A DNA stretch of 64,000 nt from Acetatifactor sp. (GTDB lineage: Bacteria; Bacillota; Clostridia; Lachnospirales; Lachnospiraceae): positions 19,576 to 83,575 of the forward strand of contig JAHBAA010000141.1 in assembly GCA_018385425.1 (NCBI GenBank), in the 5' to 3' direction. Of the stretch, positions 58,472 to 64,000 are shown piece after piece. Below the pieces are notes generated by a model. That model did not search any database, was not told the origin of the DNA, and was given only the letters and a program-made list of their open reading frames with translations. The position numbers and the translations under genes are program-made. How positions within the stretch are numbered: the stretch's first letter is position 1; each line of letters opens with the position of its first letter.

Positions 58472-59947
58472 TTAAATATGCGTAAGTCCCTCCTCCAGAA
58501 GCTCTCTGATGATGACTCTCTCATCCATAGGGTACTTTACCCCTTTGATCTCCTGGTAATCCTCATGACCTTTTCCGGCGAGAATGATCACATCCCCTTC
58601 CTCCGCGTGAGAAATGGCATAGCGAATGGCCTCCCGTCGGTCGCTGATCACCACATATTCGCCGGTTGTCTTACCGATCCCGGTCTTAATATCCTCGATA
58701 ATATCCAAGGGCTCCTCAAATCTGGGATTGTCGGATGTGATAATGGTCAGATCCGCAAGTCTTCCGCTGACTTCTCCCATCTCAAATCGTCTGGATCTAG
58801 CCCGGTTTCCCCCGCAGCCGAAGAGACATACCAAACGCTTCGGAGCATACTCCCGCAGGGTAGTCAACAGGCTCTCCAGCGCCATTGCATTGTGTGCATA
58901 GTCGATGAGCAGGGTAAACTTCGGGGAGATCTCTACCCTCTCGATCCTGCCCTTCACCTTTGCCCCCAGAAGAGCCTTCTGCATCAGAGCCTGTTCCACC
59001 CCAAAATGGCGGCAGATCGCGATGGCACAAAGAGCATTATACACACTGAAACGTCCGGGGAAAGGAAGCTCCACCTCTGTCTCCATGAGACCGTGTACCG
59101 CAAACCTCACGCCCAGAACACTTCCTCTGTTGAAAAGTGACAGATCGCTTGCACGCAGGTCACAGGTCTCGCCCAGTCCAAAGGTCTCCACCTGACAGGT
59201 ATGCCCCTGGAGTACCTTCTCCGCATGGCTGTCGTCTCCGTTGACGATTCCCACTCTGCACTGCCGAAAGAGCATTCCCTTACACTGCAGATACTCGTCA
59301 AAATCCTTGTGCTCATTGGGACCGATATGATCCGGCTCCAGATTGGTAAACACACCGAAATCGAAGACAAAGCCTCCCGTTCTGTGCTGCATCAGTGCCT
59401 GGGAAGAAACCTCCATCACGACAGCCTTCAGTCCCGCTGAAACCATCTGAGAGAAATACTTCTGAAGGGTAAAGGCATCCGGAGTAGTATTCGAGGATGG
59501 AATATGTTTCGTCCCGATCATGGTCTCAATGGTTCCGACAAGACCACAGAGAATGCCGGCATTCTCCAAAATAGACTTCACCAGGTAAGTGGTAGTGGTC
59601 TTGCCCTTGGTTCCCGTGATGCCGATGGTAGTGAGTCTGTCCGCCGGGTGTCCGTACCAGTTTGCCGCAAGAACCCCCTCGGCGCAACGGGTATCCTCCA
59701 CTCGAATCACCGTCACATCCATGCCCTCCGGCAGGTTCACCTCCCGGGATACGACGAGCACCGATGCACCCTTCCCTGCCACTTCTTCCGCATAATCATG
59801 GCCGTCGAAATTCGCCCCGATGATGCAGAGGAATAAACTGTCCGGCTGCACCTTTCTGGAATCGCAGCCCACATCAGCCACCTCTCTGTCCAAAGTCCCC
59901 CGCACACACTCATATGTCAGATCACTCAAAAGTTCTGTAAGCTTCAT
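58472..59947 (-). CDS. murE: UDP-MurNAc-tripeptide synthetase (meso-DAP type)
   Basis: ITGTKGKTTTT, MEVSSQAL, DYAHN, DNPR (meso-DAP specificity motif) and AGKGHEDYQ. Confidence 0.95.
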   Translation of the reverse strand: MKLTELLSDLTYECVRGTLDREVADVGCDSRKVQPDSLFLCIIGANFDGHDYAEEVAGKGASVLVVSREVNLPEGMDVTVIRVEDTRCAEGVLAANWYGHPADRLTTIGITGTKGKTTTTYLVKSILENAGILCGLVGTIETMIGTKHIPSSNTTPDAFTLQKYFSQMVSAGLKAVVMEVSSQALMQHRTGGFVFDFGVFTNLEPDHIGPNEHKDFDEYLQCKGMLFRQCRVGIVNGDDSHAEKVLQGHTCQVETFGLGETCDLRASDLSLFNRGSVLGVRFAVHGLMETEVELPFPGRFSVYNALCAIAICRHFGVEQALMQKALLGAKVKGRIERVEISPKFTLLIDYAHNAMALESLLTTLREYAPKRLVCLFGCGGNRARSRRFEMGEVSGRLADLTIITSDNPRFEEPLDIIEDIKTGIGKTTGEYVVISDRREAIRYAISHAEEGDVIILAGKGHEDYQEIKGVKYPMDERVIIRELLEEGLTHI

Positions 59948-60113
59948 ACCGGCCTCCCCGTCTCATTAGGTAATAACTGTAATCCATTGTACTACTTTTT
60001 CACAGAATGTACCACAAAAAAATAAAGCCATTTGAAATTATCCCCGGAATCATGATGACCTGTCTGTCTGATTGCAAACACACCGATCCCGGCCGGGTCA
60101 CGCTCCCGAAATG

Positions 60114-60141
60114 AAAAGAACCCCGGTAAAAACCGGGGTCC
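60114..60141 (-). terminator. Intrinsic terminator after secDF
   Basis: ACCCCGGT / ACCGGGGT stem followed by TCTTTT on the minus strand. Confidence 0.75.
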
Positions 60142-60161
60142 TCGATCACAGAGCAATGAAC

Positions 60162-62426
60162 TTAAGCCTTCTTCTTAGGTGCAAATTTGGTTCGAAGCAC
60201 ATACCACATGCTTGCCGCCAGACAGATGGAGGAGTAGGTTCCGCATACGATACCTACCATCAGAGGCAATGCAAAGTCACGGATACTGGTCACACCCAAA
60301 ATATAGAGCACGGCAACCATCACGAAGGTGGTCAGGGAAGTAAATACACTTCTGGACATGGTCTGTGTGATACTGTCATTGATCACATCCTTCAGATCGT
60401 CCCTGCTGGTCATCACATCCATATTCTCACGAATACGGTCAAAGATAACGATGGTAGCGTTGATGGAGTAACCGACAATGGTCAACATGCAGGCCACGAA
60501 GGTGTTGCTGACGGAAATTCTCGCTGCCGCATAGAAAGCAAGTACTACCAGTACGTCGTGCAGCAAGGCGATGATACTGGACACACCGAAACGGATATCC
60601 TTGAACCGAATCTTAATATAGATCAGCATGCAGACGATGGCTACCGCTACCGCAAGGATCGTATCGGTCTTCATCTCATCACTGATGGTAGGGCTGATGG
60701 TCTCGGAAAGGATCTTGGATTCCTCGACCTGGAACTTCTCCATCAGCATCTGATTCAGTGCTTCTCTCTTCTCAACATCGAGTGTGCTTGTCTTGAAAAT
60801 GATCTCATTGGAGCCCTGAACATTCTGTACCTGTACAGCACTTCCGGTGATCTCCTCGAAATAGGGAACGACCTGTGCCGTAGCCTCATCCAAAGTCATA
60901 GCGGTATTGAAGGTAACCGTTGTGGCGGTACCGCCCTTAAACTCCAGGCTGTAATTCAGAGTGTCGCCGATGTTCGCCTTGTTCACGCCCATCATCACAA
61001 ATCCGGCCAGGATCAAAGCTGCCGACAGCCCGAAGAAAATACCCTTCTTGGACAGGATATTCAGTGCCTTGCGCTGTCTGCCGATTCCATAGAGTTTTTC
61101 GCTCTTCAGACCGATTGCGTAGAACGCATACAGAATGTATCTGGTAACTACCAGGGAGGTAAACATGGAAAGTGCGATACCGAGTGCCAGGGTCTGGGCA
61201 AAGCCCTTCACAGATCCGGGGCCAAGTACCAGCAGTACCACGGCTGCGATCAGGGTAGTAATATTACCGTCGAGGATGGCGGAGAAGGCCTTGTCAAAAC
61301 CGATCTTGATGGCGTTTCTGACCGTCTTGCCTACGGCAAGTTCCTCACGGATACGGGCAAAGATGATCACGTTGGCATCCACTGCCATACCGATGGACAG
61401 GATGATTCCGGCAATACCGGACAGCGTCAGCGTCATGCCGAAGCCGTTCAGCAGCAGGACAACCAACGCGGTATAGGCGAGCAATGCAATGGCAGATGCC
61501 ACACCGGGCAGGAAATAAACTACAATCATAAAGACAATGACAATGACAAGTCCGATGGCACCTGCCTTCAGGCTGGTCTCAATGGCATCCACGCCGAGCT
61601 GAGCACCTACCACTTTGGAGTGAAGCTCCTCCAGCTGCAGCTTCAGACCACCGATACGGATGGTGGAAGCCAGGTTCTCTGCCTCTTCATAGCTGGACTG
61701 ACCGGAGATCTGTGCCTTGCCGTCGGTCAGGATCGCCTTTACATTGGGTGCGGAGATCAAATTGTCGTCGTAGTAAATGCCCAGGGTCTCACCCTTGTTG
61801 TAGGCACGTCTGGTTGCCTCGGCAAACTTGTCCTTGCCTTCATCGGTCATGGTCAGATCAACGATATATTCCACGTTGCCCATCTGCTGATCGCGAACAG
61901 AACCGCCTCTGGCATCTGCAACATCCGTACCCTGAACCAGAATGGAGCCATCTGCCAACAGATCATCGATGGAACGAAGCATGGTATACTTGATACCGAC
62001 AGTTCCGTCCGGGTTTACCGCCTGGGAGAAGGTATAGTTCTGCTCTCCCTCCGGGCTTGTCTCATTGATGAAATACAGGGCACCGGGCTTGCCCAGTTCC
62101 TGCAAAATATAGTTGGCATCGCTGACACCGGGGATCTCGATATTGATTCGATCAGTTCCCTCCTGATATACGATTGCCTCCGTGCTGTAGTTCAGAACAC
62201 GCTTCTGCAGCTTGGAAATAGTATCGCTCATATCCGTGGCGCTGGGTTCCTCGTCACCCACCACCTGGTAGGTGATGCTGACGCCGCCTGCCAGATCCAG
62301 ACCAAGACTGATATCAGAAGCACTGTTTTTTCCTGTTGCATCCGTGCCAAAGAAGTCGATGTAGGTGACACCGGCGATCAGCATCAGGACACAGAGCAGG
62401 ATCACAATTGCTTTACTCCTCTTCAT
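60162..62426 (-). CDS. secDF: Fused protein translocase subunit SecDF
   Basis: LGLDLAGG, GMAVDANVIIFARIREE, LEFKGG and GYSINATIVIFDRIREN. Confidence 0.95.
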   Translation of the reverse strand: MKRSKAIVILLCVLMLIAGVTYIDFFGTDATGKNSASDISLGLDLAGGVSITYQVVGDEEPSATDMSDTISKLQKRVLNYSTEAIVYQEGTDRINIEIPGVSDANYILQELGKPGALYFINETSPEGEQNYTFSQAVNPDGTVGIKYTMLRSIDDLLADGSILVQGTDVADARGGSVRDQQMGNVEYIVDLTMTDEGKDKFAEATRRAYNKGETLGIYYDDNLISAPNVKAILTDGKAQISGQSSYEEAENLASTIRIGGLKLQLEELHSKVVGAQLGVDAIETSLKAGAIGLVIVIVFMIVVYFLPGVASAIALLAYTALVVLLLNGFGMTLTLSGIAGIILSIGMAVDANVIIFARIREELAVGKTVRNAIKIGFDKAFSAILDGNITTLIAAVVLLVLGPGSVKGFAQTLALGIALSMFTSLVVTRYILYAFYAIGLKSEKLYGIGRQRKALNILSKKGIFFGLSAALILAGFVMMGVNKANIGDTLNYSLEFKGGTATTVTFNTAMTLDEATAQVVPYFEEITGSAVQVQNVQGSNEIIFKTSTLDVEKREALNQMLMEKFQVEESKILSETISPTISDEMKTDTILAVAVAIVCMLIYIKIRFKDIRFGVSSIIALLHDVLVVLAFYAAARISVSNTFVACMLTIVGYSINATIVIFDRIRENMDVMTSRDDLKDVINDSITQTMSRSVFTSLTTFVMVAVLYILGVTSIRDFALPLMVGIVCGTYSSICLAASMWYVLRTKFAPKKKA

Positions 62427-62477
62427 GATGTTTCCTTCCTTTCTATAAACCTATCCTCTGTCTATTGTCGTTCTCGA

Positions 62478-63887
62478 TCATGCTTCGCTCTCTTCCTCTG
62501 CCGCATCCAGCGCCTCGGCGATCTTCAGCATGATCGCACACTCTACACGCTTGCGCTGAAGCTCGCAGCCCACATCGTAAGCATCGGTGATGCTGCCGTG
62601 GAAATTGTAAGAATTGGCTGCACATCCGCCGCTGCAGTAGAATTTGGCAAAGCATTTCCTGCACTTTTCCTTCGCATAGACATTACAGCACTTGAACTCG
62701 TCGCGGATATCCTCTCTGACAATTCCATCATCCACATTTCCCATCAGGAACTTCTCATTTCCCACAAACTGATGACAGGGATAGAAGTCTCCCCAGGGAG
62801 TCACAGCCAGATATTCCGTGCCGGAACCGCAGCCCGACAACCTCTTGGCTACACAGGGACCTCCCTCCAGATCGATCATAAAATGGAAGAAGTTAAAGCG
62901 CTTGCCCTCCCTGCGGCGTCTGATCATCTCTGCCGCAAGTCTGTCATACTCTTCCTTCAGCACCGGCAGGTCAGCCTCGGTGATCGCATAGGAATCTTCC
63001 GGCTTCGCCACCACAGGCTCCACAGAGATCTGCCGGAAGCCCAGATCAGCCAGGTGCAGCACATCGTTGGCAAAATCCAGATTGTTGTGCGTAAAGGTAC
63101 CGCGCACATAATAGTTCATCTGGTCTCTGCTCTCCGCCACCTTCAGGAACTTGGGGACGATCAGATCATAACTGCCCTGACCGCCTCTGAAAGGACGCAT
63201 TCTGTCGTGAACTTCCTTCCGTCCGTCGATGCTTAAAACGATGTTCGCCATCTCTCTGTTGGCAAATTCCAGAATATCGTCAGTTAACAGAACCCCGTTT
63301 GTGGTCAGTGTAAAGCGGAACTTCTTGTTGTTGGGTTCCTCCAGGCTTCTGCCGTACTCTACCAGATCCTTGACCACCTGCCAGTTCATCAGCGGCTCAC
63401 CGCCGAAGAAATCCACTTCCAGATTCACACGGTTCCCGGAATTGGCAACGAGAAAATCCAGTGCCTTCTTCCCCACTTCAAAGCTCATCAGTGCTCTTCT
63501 GCCGTGGTACTCGCCCTCTTCCGCAAAGCAATACTGACAAGCCAGATTACAGTCATGGGCAATATGGAGGCAAAGAGCCTTCACTACCGTCTGCCGCTTC
63601 TTGAAATCAAATACATAGGACTCGTAGATATCAGGGGCAAACAGTTCCCCCTCCACCTCCAGCGCCAGAATCTCGTCCACAGCCTCCAGAATCTCCTCCT
63701 CCGGATAATGCCCCTGCACCAGATTCAACACCGCCGCCTTGATCACATCCCCATCCTTGATCCCCTCTGTCACCAGAGGCTCCACAAGGGGAATGATCTC
63801 ATAAACAATATCATCCACCACATGGATGGAACCGCTGTTCACATCCAGAACGATATTGTAACCATTGTTTTTGTATTGGTGTATCAC
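62478..63887 (-). CDS. scfB: SCIFF thioether-forming radical SAM/SPASM maturase
   Basis: KALCLHIAHDCNLACQYCFA, FFGGEP, and SPASM GPCVAKRLSGCGSG...CRKCFAKFYCSGGC; GTG start at 63887; typical position upstream of secD. Confidence 0.9.
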   Translation of the reverse strand: MIHQYKNNGYNIVLDVNSGSIHVVDDIVYEIIPLVEPLVTEGIKDGDVIKAAVLNLVQGHYPEEEILEAVDEILALEVEGELFAPDIYESYVFDFKKRQTVVKALCLHIAHDCNLACQYCFAEEGEYHGRRALMSFEVGKKALDFLVANSGNRVNLEVDFFGGEPLMNWQVVKDLVEYGRSLEEPNNKKFRFTLTTNGVLLTDDILEFANREMANIVLSIDGRKEVHDRMRPFRGGQGSYDLIVPKFLKVAESRDQMNYYVRGTFTHNNLDFANDVLHLADLGFRQISVEPVVAKPEDSYAITEADLPVLKEEYDRLAAEMIRRRREGKRFNFFHFMIDLEGGPCVAKRLSGCGSGTEYLAVTPWGDFYPCHQFVGNEKFLMGNVDDGIVREDIRDEFKCCNVYAKEKCRKCFAKFYCSGGCAANSYNFHGSITDAYDVGCELQRKRVECAIMLKIAEALDAAEEESEA

Positions 63888-63983
63888 GTAAGACAATTCC
63901 TTTCTAATACCAAACATAGAATAAGCAGCGACCTTAACATCGCTGCTTGCCCTAGTCAATTTTAGTCACAAAAATGAAACCGA

Positions 63984-64000
63984 TTATTTAATCTTCTCAC
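63984..64000 (-). CDS. scfA: Probable 3' tip of the SCIFF precursor peptide gene (rest outside the window)
   Basis: Minus strand reads .GT GAG AAG ATT AAA TAA = (C?)EKIK*, followed by a hairpin (63923-63948) before scfB. Only five codons are visible; the call rests on context. Confidence 0.4.

Noticed and set aside
60072-63236. 1054-aa plus-strand ORF
   Set aside because: Antisense shadow of secDF and scfB. Scarcity of TTA/CTA/TCA codons in the real genes leaves the opposite frame open; no RBS or recognisable motifs.

Overview
Core chromosomal segment of an endospore-forming clostridial bacterium. A Lachnospiraceae-like identity is inferred from gene order and protein style, not from a database search. 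Nearly all genes are on the minus strand. Left to right: comM (runs off the left edge), intact sigK, hemW-lepA-spoIIP-gpr divergent from rpsT, a Zn-ribbon/TPM pair, a probable 6S RNA, tpiA-pgk-gap with a palindromic repeat element between pgk and tpiA, a PHP phosphatase, iscS-mnmA, spoVB, nrdR-ylmC, an inverted sigG, vanZ, sigE-spoIIGA, a dcw cluster (ftsZ to mraZ), lgt and ychF. Next is an accessory block (38.2-47.5 kb): small hypotheticals, paaK-iorB-iorA, a C39-like peptidase, a membrane protein and an OmpR-family two-component system. After it come rsgA-pknB-stp-rlmN-rsmB-yugP-fmt-def-priA, murE, secDF and the SCIFF radical-SAM maturase. I found no transposase, integrase, prophage or CRISPR array. 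Most of the window is ordinary housekeeping and sporulation DNA, and I cannot claim a clearly new system. The best leads are (1) a self-contained two-component module whose GATRCA boxes at 11-bp period, with identical box-to-minus-10 spacing, sit upstream of both the regulator and the peptidase; (2) sigG flipped and decoupled from spoIIGA-sigE; (3) sigK with neither a pro-sequence nor a skin element; (4) a GAA-triloop palindromic element that supplies the pgk stop codon.
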